Source: Mobula hypostoma (lineage: Eukaryota). Taken from it: a DNA stretch of 64,000 bases. The notes beneath the pieces were generated by a model. The model did no database searches. It was not told where the DNA came from and was given only the letters and a program-made list of their open reading frames with translations. Position numbers and translations under genes: made by a program. The stretch covers positions 151,530,001-151,594,000 of the forward strand of contig NC_086097.1 of assembly GCF_963921235.1 (NCBI RefSeq), in the 5' to 3' direction. The stretch's first letter is position 1. The number at the start of each line of letters is the position of its first letter. Positions 12,401-24,999 of this stretch are shown piece after piece.

Positions 12401-15400
12401 AGAGAGGGAGGTTGGGTAGAATTGGGATATAGCATAAAATTGACAAAATCATGTTATTTTAAAAACTGGCAACTGGAGCAAAATTATAATGTTCAACGTA
12501 AATTGAATTGCCAGTTTCAATCACATCTGTGTGAATGTGTGTGTAATGAGAATGGGTTTCGCCAGAAAATACTGAGGTTAATAATAAGTTTCAACGGTTG
12601 TAACATGCCAAATCAGAGGATGAGATGCTGATCCACAAGTTATACTGAACATCCATGGAGTAATGCAGAAGACAGAAAGGAGAAGCCAGAACAGAAGTGG
12701 CATGCACGAGAATCTCAGAATTTACTTTGCAGACTGAATGAATGATGAATGGCAAAGGAGTAGTATAATCTGAATTTAGTTTCTCCTATGTAGAGGCGAT
12801 CTCATTATGAACACTGAATACATTTCACTACAAAGCTGCTGTGAAGCTGATATCTATGCTGCTTGTCATCTTGTGCACATCTATCAAGTGGACTCTCATC
12901 CTCCTTTGCTCCAAAGACAATAGCCCTAGCTCAGTCAACCTATTTTTAATAAGCACTAGCTAGCAATAGTTAGACCATTGCTTCGACAACTGTGCTCAGT
13001 TACATTCATCATCTTAGGAAAATTGTTCGGGCTTAGAGGTAATTTACAAGGATTCATTTGGGGATAGTGAATATTAGATATAAGAAAACGTTTAGAACAA
13101 ATGAAACTAAGAATTTAATTGAGCTATATTAAATTGTCAGGGCCTGGACAGCCATTCTTGTAGAGAGTTAGTAATCAGTGGTTTTACTGATTTGAAATCA
13201 TCTGTAGAAAATTTTTTTTCCTTGTAACAAGTGAAGCGAGCATTACATTTGTTGCCTGTAAGTCTGTTGTAGAGACAAGATTCCTCATTTTGTCTACAAA
13301 GTATTTGGAAGTGAACCTAAGGTGATAAAGCCACCGAGAACCAGCAGGAAGACTGGGATTAGGTTGGGTAGGCCTTCTTTAGCCAGTACAGATATGATGG
13401 CAAAGTGGGCATTGATGTCATAAATTTCAGTAATGTAATGATAAGGAAGCATTGCATCAAGCATTGTTAGTTCAGGCACACTGACTTCTCAGCATGTTTC
13501 TCTTGTATCCTATCTCGTGCACACTGTCAACATCTCCATCTTACGTCTGTGGCTTTATATTGTAACACTTCCCTATTTTCATTTTGTCCTTTTTTAATAC
13601 CTATTGATTATATTACATGCCTACATATTTCTTTTAACCTTTACGAAAATTTTCTTTTCTTCCTCCAGAACCTTTCCCCCACCCCAACCTTTTGTAGGGG
13701 AACACAAAGCATATGTCAGTCAGAGCACAAGTAGCATTACAGAGGAACAGGGATGGAAGAAATGAATACTCAACATTATAGCACTTACCCGGGCATAGCA
13801 GGATGGGATGAGAAACAGTGAGCCTTTGGAATCAAAGGATGATAACTTGACCGCGCAGGATATTTACAGTTACTTAAGTAAAAATGCAGCAGACTACATT
13901 CTTAATTTATTATCTTTAGCTGTTTTTTTAACCTTTCTAACTAATGAGTTTTCTTTTTCTAATAGGTCATTTTCAATAACTGGACTATTGATGAAGCAGT
14001 CTTGGAAGAGCACTATATCCTGGAGATGTATTTTATTGTCACTGCAAACTTTCCAGGCTCCGAGTTGACTTGGATTGTCACTCTGATTAAATTAGTTAAT
14101 AAGGCAGCAGGATCTACACATGGTAAATTGAGAATGAGTACCATCAGTATGGGCCTGGGGACAATCCAGGAGAAATCTCACTGGAGGGTGAGATTCTCTT
14201 TACGCTCTTCTGAGTACAACAGATAAAGCTTCCAACTATTGGGGGGGGTGGGGAATAAAAGGATCTCAAAAAGGTATTAGAAGATAAATAATAACTTTCA
14301 GCAAGTGACTCACATTTTGAAGAGCTCTGTTGACGTCATCTTGTTTAGCATCACTGCAGTCTACCTTAGGAAATATGAAAACTGAAGTCATCTTCTTATG
14401 AGAGAAACAGTGCCATAGCTATGCAGTTTTAGTGGAAGTTCCTAGAGGCAGTAATGGAAGCTCATATGAAAGACAGTTGAAACAGAATATAGGTTTAGCT
14501 CTTTTGGAATAATAACTAGTTCAATGAAAAATGTGGTTCTTGCCTTATTTTGATGTCAACATTTCATTTGTGCTCCTTCTTCACAACTGATAATCCACAT
14601 TCTGGCAGCAGATTAGTAGGACCAGGCTACCTCAGCAGGAGAAAAGTTTGCAGTAGTTCATATCTGAGGACCAACAGGGTAAAGAACATGCAGAACAAAC
14701 ATCTAACAACTTTATTAAGGTCTAAAGGGGAGCTCCCTATGGGAATGGTTCTATTCATAAACTTACCTCAAAAGAAATGCTCTAGATTGTTAACTTGATA
14801 GAAGGAAGAATGGGAGGAAGCTGCTGCCCAGTAAGTTAGACCCATTTCGTCAAATTTGACATCAGTCTGCAATCTTTAGTGTAAAGTTTGAATTTGTAAT
14901 TTTGCTATCAGTATAGAAATTATATAGGTGTTCTTAATACAGAGCAAGTGGAGTGGTAAAGGATGTAAAATGGATCCTTAAGTCGAGCAATAAACAGATC
15001 AAAAGAGTTATCAACCCAGCCTATCTTCAGCTAAGCTTTTCTTTCTATTTCATATCCTGATTTTACTTTGAATACTGACTTGTCCATATGACAAAGATGT
15101 GCAGCATGCGGCATCCCACATAAGGGAACATTTGTTTAACACAGTTTTAAAAGTAATTTGTTTAATAGGGCAAGTAACTATATCAAATTAACGTGATGAA
15201 AATTAAAATGGGTGTTGTGCTATTTACTGCGGACATGTCATATGTTTTGGTTAAAACTGCCTGAGTTCTTGAGACTTTGGTACCTAAACATTGGATATAT
15301 CTTATAGGGAGTGGGAGGGATGGAATTTGATCTCCATTTTAAGTAGGAGAAATTCAGCTGGTGGGGTTAATGTTAAATCATGGATGTGAGACCCAATCTT

Positions 15401-18400
15401 ACTCCATTGTGCAAATGTTAACATTTTAATAGAGTTGGTACTAGTCCTGCATTAGAGAGACAGATCCATAAATAATACTTAAGTTAGATTCATGAAATTT
15501 TAACAGTAGCTTGAAATTAATGTCTGTGGGAGAGTCTGTGGAATTGAATCAAGATCGTACAGCTCTTCGTATTATTGGAAACTAGGAATCAGACGTAAAT
15601 GAGGTTGCACTGGTCACTGCTGTTTTCCTTAGTTCTCTCTGCTATATTATTTACTGAGGAAACTTGTAAGAGTTATACAGTTGAGAACAATTTCATGGAC
15701 AAAAACATCAAGAGAAGAATCATGTAATTAAAATTTTATTATACCATAATAAATATTGTAATATCCTGTGCAGTTCCACTTCTACAACTTTGTCAGGAGA
15801 CTCAAATCATATTATCTCAAGAATAGTCATCATTAGACATTCACAACAATCTAGACTTCCTAGCATAGCAGTGGATTGAAATCCTTATCGGACTGTCCCT
15901 ACTTCCCTTTCATCTTTTAGGCTCTTGCTGGCACTGTACTGATCCCAGCATCTTAATTCTGAGACCCCAAAACACCTTAGCACATCTTCAGAACAATCCT
16001 TTCCCTCACCTGAATGACAGCAAATAACTCCAAACCTTTACCACTAGCAGCAGCAGTGTGGTAATAGGAAAGTTTTCAAGCTATTGAAGAATGAAAACAT
16101 TCTGTACTGCAGTGCTCATACTAATCATTTGCCCCAATATTTACCATACTGCTTTAATAAATTGAAATCTGGTCAATAAACACTCTCTCAAAGGAGTGGT
16201 AATAGTTTGTACAGTACAAATGGTGAAAGGAACTGACCAAGTAAACACAAGCTAATCAGTGTGGCAGTCATATTGGGCAAGTTATTAGATGCATTGTGAA
16301 GCATATATAATCACTTAGAGGGGAGCAGATTAATCAAGGTAGTACAAATTTATTAAGAATATGTCTAACTTAAGTATGTTTAAATTGACTTTGAGGTGGT
16401 AAAAAGGGGAGTTGTTGAGGGCAGCCTGTTAAATGGATATTTTGCATGGCTTATAACAAAGACACACAAAGTAAATTGATTAGGGTAGTAAAAACTCTTG
16501 GGATTGTTACACAAGAGAAGTCTTTACTTGGAGTGATGCAAAGGATGTTTGCAAGATTGTTTCTTGGGATGAAGGAATTGTTTTATGAGGAATGGTGTGA
16601 GTTAATTTGGCCTATTAGTCTTTGGGGTTTGGTAGAAAATAATGTGCACTTATTATTGAATCATGGTAAAATATTTTACACACACTCTAAAAGGCATAAG
16701 AGAACAAGGGCAATTATGTTTAGTATCCTACTAGCTCTAGGTTCCCACTGAAGTCTCAGATATAAAAACAGCATTAGTCATTTCCAAATGTGCCTAATGG
16801 AATTCTACTCCTAAGCCTAGCTTCAGGAGATCAGTTGCAACCTGGTTGAGAGTTTCTGAAAGTGGGGATTGGAAGGATTGGCAGCAGAAACAGTGAATAG
16901 GTACTGGAAACTTATCACTGGCATCATAGTGTTGGAGGAGATGGAACTGGATTAGGGTTAGGATCATGTATGCACTGGAAAGAAATAACATGAATGTGAA
17001 CATCACACTGTAGATGGGGATAAGTTGGGTCATGAGGAATCAGTGGTGGGAAGTTGGTGGTGGCTGAAGGATTTTAGCAAGTTATGTGTTTGTCTGCTGT
17101 TCCAGATCAATGTAATGTGCTTAAGATGTTATTTTGGGGAAATTTTACAACTAGTGCTGCAAACTACTACAATCCAAATTCCATTATAAGTCCAAGTTCC
17201 ATTATAATACTCCAAAAGGAGTGCTGCACATAAAACTTTATCGTTATGTGCCCCGACACAGAAATATTTTTAGGGGCATGAAGATAACTCAAAACATAAA
17301 GTGTCCTGTTGAATTTGCAGATTGACATAATTTAACTGAAAATTATTCTAATTTTGAGAGCACTTGACAGAGTATTTGCCGTTGGAATGTTTTCCTTGAT
17401 GGGAGCATCTAAAACTATAATACATTACATTACAACACAAAGGTTAAATTTAAAGTTGTGGAATATTTTCTCAAAAGATTATGAATCTTTGGAATTATCT
17501 ACCTCAGAGAGCTGTGAATACAGATTTTTTTTTTACTTTTAAGAGTTTTGCATTATAGGTGAATTTAGGATAATGAAGGTCAATCAGCAAAATGATATTG
17601 AGGCTTGCCATGTCAGAATGAAATTATTAAATGGTAAAATTGTTTCCAGTAACCTCCTTCTATTTCTGTTTCTCATACTTTCCCAAGACAGTGAGAAGTT
17701 ATATTGATATTTGACTTTGGGAAAAGCAAAGGCATGTTCAGTTTTGTACAATGAGTACAATCATTAGCATGTGCTTACGTGCATTCCAATGCTTGTCTAT
17801 TTTCTGTAATGGGATAAAGTTTGTGGAAATGTAGTTTTTGAGTGTGTAACCATCTCTGGGCTTTCACTCTTGGAGTTGGTTGGTGAGAATATAGCCAGAA
17901 AAATAATGTTAGTTTATTTAAAGAGGTCTATAACTTGCTGTTCTGGCAAGTTTAATTCTGGTGCGGTTTTCCTTATATGTTCCTTTTTAATTATAAATAT
18001 ACCTGTCCAAAGTTTGTCCTAGGAATTTGACTTTATATAAGTTGTAATATGATTTTTCAGAGCCTTGCTCTCAGATTTTACATAAAGTGATAATTGTTGG
18101 CAGATCCTTGAAATTCTTTAGAAGTTGAAGTCTCATTCTACAGTGAGTAGGGAAGCATTCAATATTTTCAGCCTTCTATTGCCTAGCTGCCAATTTTACT
18201 GAACTGAACTCTGTTCTTAGATACCACTTTTTATAGTATAAACAGATTCCCATCATGGTCAAAATATGGAACATGAAGCTGAAGATACTGAATTTAGCAA
18301 TTGCATTTTTTCCCTCATGCTACATAACCATTTAGAGAAGAACTTAATTATGGAGTGATGGTAAATACTAAGTTTTGATGGCTTGTGGAGAAATTATTTG

Positions 18401-19299
18401 AATGGTGATACGTTCAGTGTAACTGTGTATCTGTAAAACTTTTCCGGAACTTCTACTTAATGCAGAAAATGTTCTTCAGTCTGATCAATCTAACCTTCAG
18501 ATGTTTTCACAGTTCCTGAAGAAATAGAGGTTTTGGTTTCTGCCAAAAAAATAGTAGTTTTAATCAAATATTAAGTTTTAACTCAAATTAATTAAACTAA
18601 GTTCCTAACCTAGGGAAAAACAAATTTGTACAATATTTTACAAAGTAATTTGTTCATGAGACTCTATATTTTACATTACAAAGATATTGTTTAAAAATTA
18701 TTGACATGAAATTCTCTGCACTTTGCAATTTAGTCCAAACTGTAATTCTTCAATATCACTGTAGTTTCTTGAAATCATGGCTTACGTTTTACTATTAGGT
18801 GGTGTGCTGAGAGAATATTATTTCATTGTTATTTGCTTAAAGTGATAGATCTTTGTTGTTCTCATCTTAAGATCTGGCAAAAGGATTTATTGTTGAAGTT
18901 AGCAAATTAGCAACATTCCAGTATAATGAACTACTTAAATGAAATATAAAATAAATTATATATTTAAAGAATGTGGATTCTAAAACCTTTTTATTTTGGT
19001 TTATGATCTTCAAATTAATAGCACACTAAATTAAAGGTGATCACCTGTCTTAAGCCATAAACTAATGCTTAAGCCAGAAAGTCTAACTTGCTGAATTTGA
19101 ATTTCACTCTTTAAGGCTATCGATTTCTTCAGAATAGCCAGCCTTTATGATGCATGGTTAACTATTAACTGGTTCTTGTGCTAATCATGCTATCTACACA
19201 TGAATTGTAAAACTGTGGTTGAGAAGTTTGCTTATTACCATCTGCTGGGGGAGCTCAGCAGGTCAGGCAGCAGTTATTGGGTGGGAGGTTTTAGACTGC

Positions 19300-20050
19300 A
19301 CTGAAGTAACTTTAACTGGGCATAAAAATGATAAATGGAATTTAATGCAGAGAACTGTGAGGTAATATTTCTGGGGGAGGACAAACAGATGAAAGAATGA
19401 TAAATGGCAGGAGTATAGGGAAGCAGAAGGAACTAGGAGTGCATGTTCAGAGATCCTTGAAAGTAGCAAGATACTGAGATAAGAAAATTAAAAAGGTTTG
19501 CCTAAATTAGCCCAGGCATAGAGCATAGGAGCAGAGAAATAGTACTGGAATTGTTTAAAACACTTAATAGACCTTAAAAAATCATTGGTTACTGTCTGAT
19601 CACCTGTGAGAAATATGTGATCACACTAGAGAAGATGCTGAGGAAACTTTCAGATTTTGCTATAGATGGAGCTTTATAATTAATGAGAGTGAAGTTTTCT
19701 TCCTTGGAACTGCAGGAAGGTTTATTGAGGTTTAGGCTAAGTAAACAGGAAGGGCTTGTTTCTCTTCACAAAAGGATTACTGACAAAAAATGTCTTATTT
19801 AATTGGTAAAGGGATGGGAATGGAATTGAAAGATACTTTTTCAGCTTAAGTGTACTGACAATCTGGAACTTGCTGCCTGAAAGGATAGTGGAGGCAGAAT
19901 CGATCATTACATTTAAGTATGTACCTGAAAACATTTGAAGAGTACAAAGCAATGAACTGAGCTGAGGATTGGGAGCAACCCAAATAGCTCCATTTGCTTC
20001 ACATGGACTTGATGGGCCAAATGATCTTTGTCTTTGATGAAAGTTTCAAT
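19300..20050 (+). mobile_element. Highly degraded CR1 3' fragment
   Basis: atggaatttaatgcagag.., ctggaacttgctgcctgaaaggatagtggaggcag.., gatgggccaaatg tail motifs. Confidence 0.6.
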
Positions 20051-20455
20051 GATTATGAAACATTTAACCATATACATGATAGTTCACAAACTTCCATCAG
20101 GCTGAGGTATTGTGACAGCAAATTTAATAAACAGTGCATTGTAACTTTAACCTAGGAGTTGCTTACCATTCCACTTTTCATATTAAATAACAATTCTCAA
20201 TAATTTAACTCTTATGGTGAAAGAGTCCATTTAAAATCTGGAAATTATACCAGATTTTGTAGAATCATTAGAAAATTTTAAAAATTAATTTTGGTTATGA
20301 TGCCACTTTTGAAAGCCAATTAAAATATCTGATATACAATACAGTTTCTGATAGAAGAGTATGGTTTTAAATTTTATAATGTGAACTCTTATTATTCTGG
20401 GTTTGGCTGCTCTAATGTAGATTTTTATTTTGTATGTGTGTAACATTTCTAATAG

Positions 20456-20556
20456 GTCAGGAAGAGTGGACGAATTCCAACTCTCGGATGAAAGCTCCTC
20501 CAACAAGAGCACCTAAAGGAGCATACAGAGAGCATCCCTATGCACCAAGATACTGA
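20456..20556 (+). CDS. KHDRBS3: Terminal coding exon of a STAR/Sam68-family KH-domain RNA-binding protein, best match KHDRBS3 (SLM2/T-STAR)
   Basis: Acceptor ...taacatttctaatag| at 20455, phase-1 exon reading (G)QEEWTNSNSRMKAPPTRAPKGAYREHPYAPRY-TGA. This matches the Sam68-family C-terminus (KAPP..KGAYREHPY PY-NLS), and GQEEWTNS is the SLM2-type start. Too short to appear in the ORF track. No upstream exon recognised in the window; paralog assignment is less certain than the family. Confidence 0.85.
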
Positions 20557-21150
20557 TTTCACCATCTACTCTGTGAAATACAATCATCAGTTAGCTGTTT
20601 CTGCAGTGATGTACGCTGTTAAAAGTAATTGGTTATTTTATATAAAAGTTCTTTTTTTCCTAAATATAACAGATCTGTTTAATCAGTTCTGAATTCTTGT
20701 ATGAAGTCCTTTGGATGGAGGAATTATTTGACTTTGGGAAGGAGGTGGGTGGGAAATCTTTGATCTTGTTACGTGCTTTGTTGGAAACAAGTAAACAGGA
20801 CTAACGTTTTTAAGTTTAACTAGTCTTTAAAAAATCTATTACCAAACTAGGTTTGATAATGTAGATCACTTAAAATGTAAAGCAAGATTCAGTTGATAGC
20901 AATGTTTTTTCCATTTTGCTTTTAGTTATTGTTAAAACTTAGTTTAAGTTTGGTTTGAATTTAAGTTTAAGCTTGTGTTAGAGCGCTATCCCTTGTAAAC
21001 TTTTACTTAAACAACAGTAAACTCCAAATGCCAAGTAAAGTTGTATTCTTTTGTATCTGAAGTCTCCAGATATTCTGTAGTGTTAAGATCAAAGACATTG
21101 ACTATTCTTGCTTGATACAAATAAAGTTTTGAGAGAAAAAAAAACAAACT
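20557..21150 (+). other. Proximal 3' UTR of the KHDRBS gene
   Basis: AT-rich, TE-free sequence after the stop; AATAAA at 21120-21125 followed by a GU-rich stretch (ctttgctgtgtgtg). Confidence 0.65.
21120..21125 (+). terminator. Candidate proximal polyadenylation signal
   Basis: AATAAA with downstream GU-rich element; further AATAAA at 21204-21209 and 21894-21899 (the latter followed by a U-run). Confidence 0.55.
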
Positions 21151-22042
21151 TTGCTGTGTGTGACATATCAGTAACATTGATATATTTTCTTATAACACCA
21201 AATAATAAATCCACAAAAATCTTTTAAACAGGGAAAGCATACTTATGTATTTATAAAATCTTCTTTAAAAAAAGTTTGTCTTGAGAGGTCTATACAGAAA
21301 TATACCTGAGTGATGTCTTAAAACACAAAAAAGTCCATATTGTTGCCCTTTGCAAATACACTACTGAATAATGAATTTATATGAAGAATGTGATCAGCAT
21401 TTCATCTTGTCTAAGCATTTTTTCACTAGTGCACTTTGGAATTTTTATGAGAATTACCTAAATGAATCCTCCGCTGGAAGCAATTAAAGCTTTTTAGAGG
21501 CAAACAGACTTGACTAATGTGCCATTCGTCAGAGGCAGTGGATGTGTAACCCTTAAAAGGTCTTCAGTTCCAAAGGTAAATGAATCAAGTAGATTTTAAT
21601 ATCACTTAATTTACCTTTAACATTTAAAACCAGTAAACGCTAAAAGAAAGCAAGGTTGTAAAGTTATTAGAGTAAAAAAAAACTATAGAAAAGGTTCAAG
21701 TACTTCTAAACTCCTAACAATTATAAATCGATCTTGTAATTGTGTAGAGACTAAACTTTATAACTGCAAACTAAGCAGTAGCTGATCTCTTAAATTCTAT
21801 CCTGTTAAACAAAGTGTAAAAACCACATAACCTTTGTCTATAATTGTCATAGTTAGCCTCAACTGCTTAATGTTTGATTTTGTTTTGAATCAGAATAAAT
21901 TCACTCTAAACAATGTTTTTTTTTGTAGCAGTGCATGTATTTATTTTTATAAGGCTTGACTATTTTTTGAAATAATTTCATTCTGGTTGTAATTGATGTT
22001 GTAATATATTTTGTGTTTCACATTTTTTCCCTCCACTTACAG

Positions 22043-22104
22043 GATCTTTTTCTCACATTCCTGACCAAATGGGAATTAAAATGGTCCTCGAATTGGACAT
22101 TATG
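22043..22104 (+). other. Candidate 62-nt non-coding exon downstream of the stop codon
   Basis: Acceptor ttttttccctccacttacag|G and donor ATG|GTAGGT, both close to consensus, in TE-free sequence. Confidence 0.55.
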
Positions 22105-23769
22105 GTAGGTGTTTATAATAGTTTTATTTTTTGAATTCTTGCGTAGTTAGCAGTTCCCTCTTCAGTACTACTCATGACCTTGTCCAGTACTCCATAATAA
22201 AATTTTCCCCATTGTTCTTGAAAACTCAAACATTTGTACAAGCATGCAGTGGCATAAATATGAGGTAACTTGCATCTCCATGGAAAGAGCCTTTCATTTT
22301 AAAATCTGACAGTAACTGCAACCGCCACAACTAAAACTCATCCTGCGATTCCATAGAATTTCAACACATTTTACTGGGATAGGGACAATTGAGATGATTT
22401 CAATCACATCACTACCAAATGACAAACAAGAATACATCTTCCAACAGAAATCAATTGAATATTGAGGATAATTGTAATGTCATTCTTAGTTGCAATTAAA
22501 CTAGCACAAAATATTCATTATTCTAACATATTGTTCATAATATGAAGGAATAGTTTCTCTTTAAGTGTCTACTTACTGAATATTAGAGATATATTAATAC
22601 CTCCACCAGGTGCTTTAGTTACAGATTTCACTCTTCATGGAAATCTATGGTAATGCACCAATAAATGGGAAGATAGTCAAGCTACTCTCTTGCACTGATC
22701 AGTTTTCAAAGACTTGGTCCGCAATTTATAAATGTCATATTAGCTGATGTTTGTTGTATTTTAAGGCTTATCCCTGCAGAAGTTAGAAAGGGGATAAAGT
22801 CAACAGTAATTCATGTCTGTGTATCATACTTCCCTGAGTAAGGACTTCATCCTACTGTATCTTGTATGATTGGTATTATTCAGATTATTTCCATTATCAT
22901 CTTAAAAAAAAAATGAACTACATAGCAATGTTGTTCACGATGCACCTGAAATAAGTGAAAGTTTGTAGCTGGGTTTTAATAGTGCCATATCAGAAGGTTT
23001 CAGGACTTGAGTATTAACTGGATTAATATTCCACTTCAGTACTGAAGTAGTCTTGATTTTTCAAACTCTTAATTTTAAAATCTCATTTGTTTGCTTGTTT
23101 ATGTGAATATAAAGAAAGTAGGGGACTCAACTGGTGCCCCAGGGTGACCAGTCCCCTTTTTTGCAAATACTTTAGTATGTGATGATGATAATATATGAAA
23201 ATTTTTCCCCTTTGGCGCTTTCATGTGCTGGTTGTACCTTCCAATTTAGTGTTAACCGTTTTATAAATTTGCTTGCTAAAAGTTGTCCATTTTATTATTA
23301 CAGACCATTTTTTTTTAATCCTTATTCCCTTCTCTTCCAATATTTACTTTGGAAGAGCATTAATATATCCAAATGCCATTTTGAAGTGTATTGCCTCTGG
23401 GATTCATGTACGTCAGCTGCATTGAAAACATAGAGTTGTATGACTTTCTTCACCATTTTCTATTAAATATAAACCCTATTAACTTTTTGAGCACCTCAGT
23501 CTGAGGACCCCTTCATTTCTTTTTGGAGTCGGGGATTATAACTTAAGTGTGCTAGTAGCTAGCAGTTCACTGTACTGTAGTTAATTATTTTTCTGGCAAT
23601 TATCCAGATATGTTTTTGCTATCATTTCAGCAATCCTTTATTTCCTGCCATGTTTCCTTTAATAATGCCTTGACTGTAGTTGTGGACAATCATCATTATT
23701 TAATGTCATTTCCTTCCTTGGTTATTTTTTATTACTATTCTACCATTACAAGAGCCTTTGTTGGCTCTG

Positions 23770-24155
23770 GGTCTTTACTCGCTGGAGTTTAGCATGACAG
23801 GGGATCTCATTGAAACTTACTGAATGCAGTGGACATGCAGAGAATGTTTTCACTGGTGGAAGAGTGAAGGACCAGAGAGCACAATCAAAGGACATCCCTT
23901 TAGTACAGAGGTGATGAGGAATTTTTTTAGAGGGTGGTGAATCTGTGAAGTTCATTTCCAGAGGCAACTATGGAGGCCAAGTAATTGGGCATATTTAAAG
24001 TGGAGGGTGATAAGTTCTTGATTAATAAGTGCATCTAAGGTTGCGGGGAGAAAGCAGGAGAATTGGACTGAGAGAAAATTTGTCATCTATGAATGGATGG
24101 TGGAGCAGACTCAATGGGTTGAACAGCCTAATTCTGCTCCTATGTCTTATAGTCG
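23770..24155 (+). mobile_element. CR1 3' end fragment
   Basis: gggatctcattgaaact.., agggtggtgaatctgtg.., tail cctaattctgctcctatgtcttat. Confidence 0.75.
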
Positions 24156-24999
24156 TCTTTTCCATAGATGAATGAAATAATAAATGTCTTGGTTGGGGTA
24201 ACAGATACTGACCATAGTCTGGCAGGCAAGAGGGGGTGGAATGTGGTGGAAAAGGGAATTCAGGGAAGCTTTGTCCTCTGCTTTATTACCATTTCACAAA
24301 TGTCTTCTCCATTTTAATTTTAATGGGCCAGGGATTCCTGTGAATTAGTTGAGTTGTTGTACTTTTTCAAAAATGCTCTCAGAATATCCATAAGACATTT
24401 TCTTTGATCGTCTGGAGCTTGAAATTGAGCATCCCCTTTAGGAGTCAAGTGTTTGACGTGCAGCCTGTCCTTCAGAGCTATCAAATGTAACCACCATCTC
24501 GATTCTAAAGGTGTTGGCTAAAGAGAGAATATTGCCAATCATTTGCCTATCCTGTCAATGGATATGAATGATTTTGCCCACCCAAGGCCTGTCTTGAAAT
24601 TACACCAAATGGGTGTCATTTCTCCAATACTTTGAGATTACATCTCACAGAAGCACATAGTCAGTTATCATTACTCTCTGATGGATGAGGTTTGAAATTT
24701 TGATCTTTTCCTCAGATGACTAAAAGCTATGCTGACACATTGAAAGAAATGGTAAACTTCATTATTGATGTTTGTCTTCCTAGGGAAAGAATTTAACAAA
24801 CCTCTTTGTTATACTAAAACAATGTTTTATTTGGTCCATTGTATTGTATATAATTTCATTTATTTTATATATTGCTGTACAATAGAATCGCTCACAGTAG
24901 AGGCATTATTTCCTCCGTACCCTGCACTCATCATAAAGCAGAAATTTGCAGTGCATTTGAAGTATAAGTTCAGCATGTACAAACCTCATTGTCCATCTT

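Noticed and set aside
1..20455. Penultimate KHDRBS exon (Tyr-rich YYDYGHG type)
   Set aside because: Looked for by eye and not found; probably upstream of the window, though a short exon could have been missed
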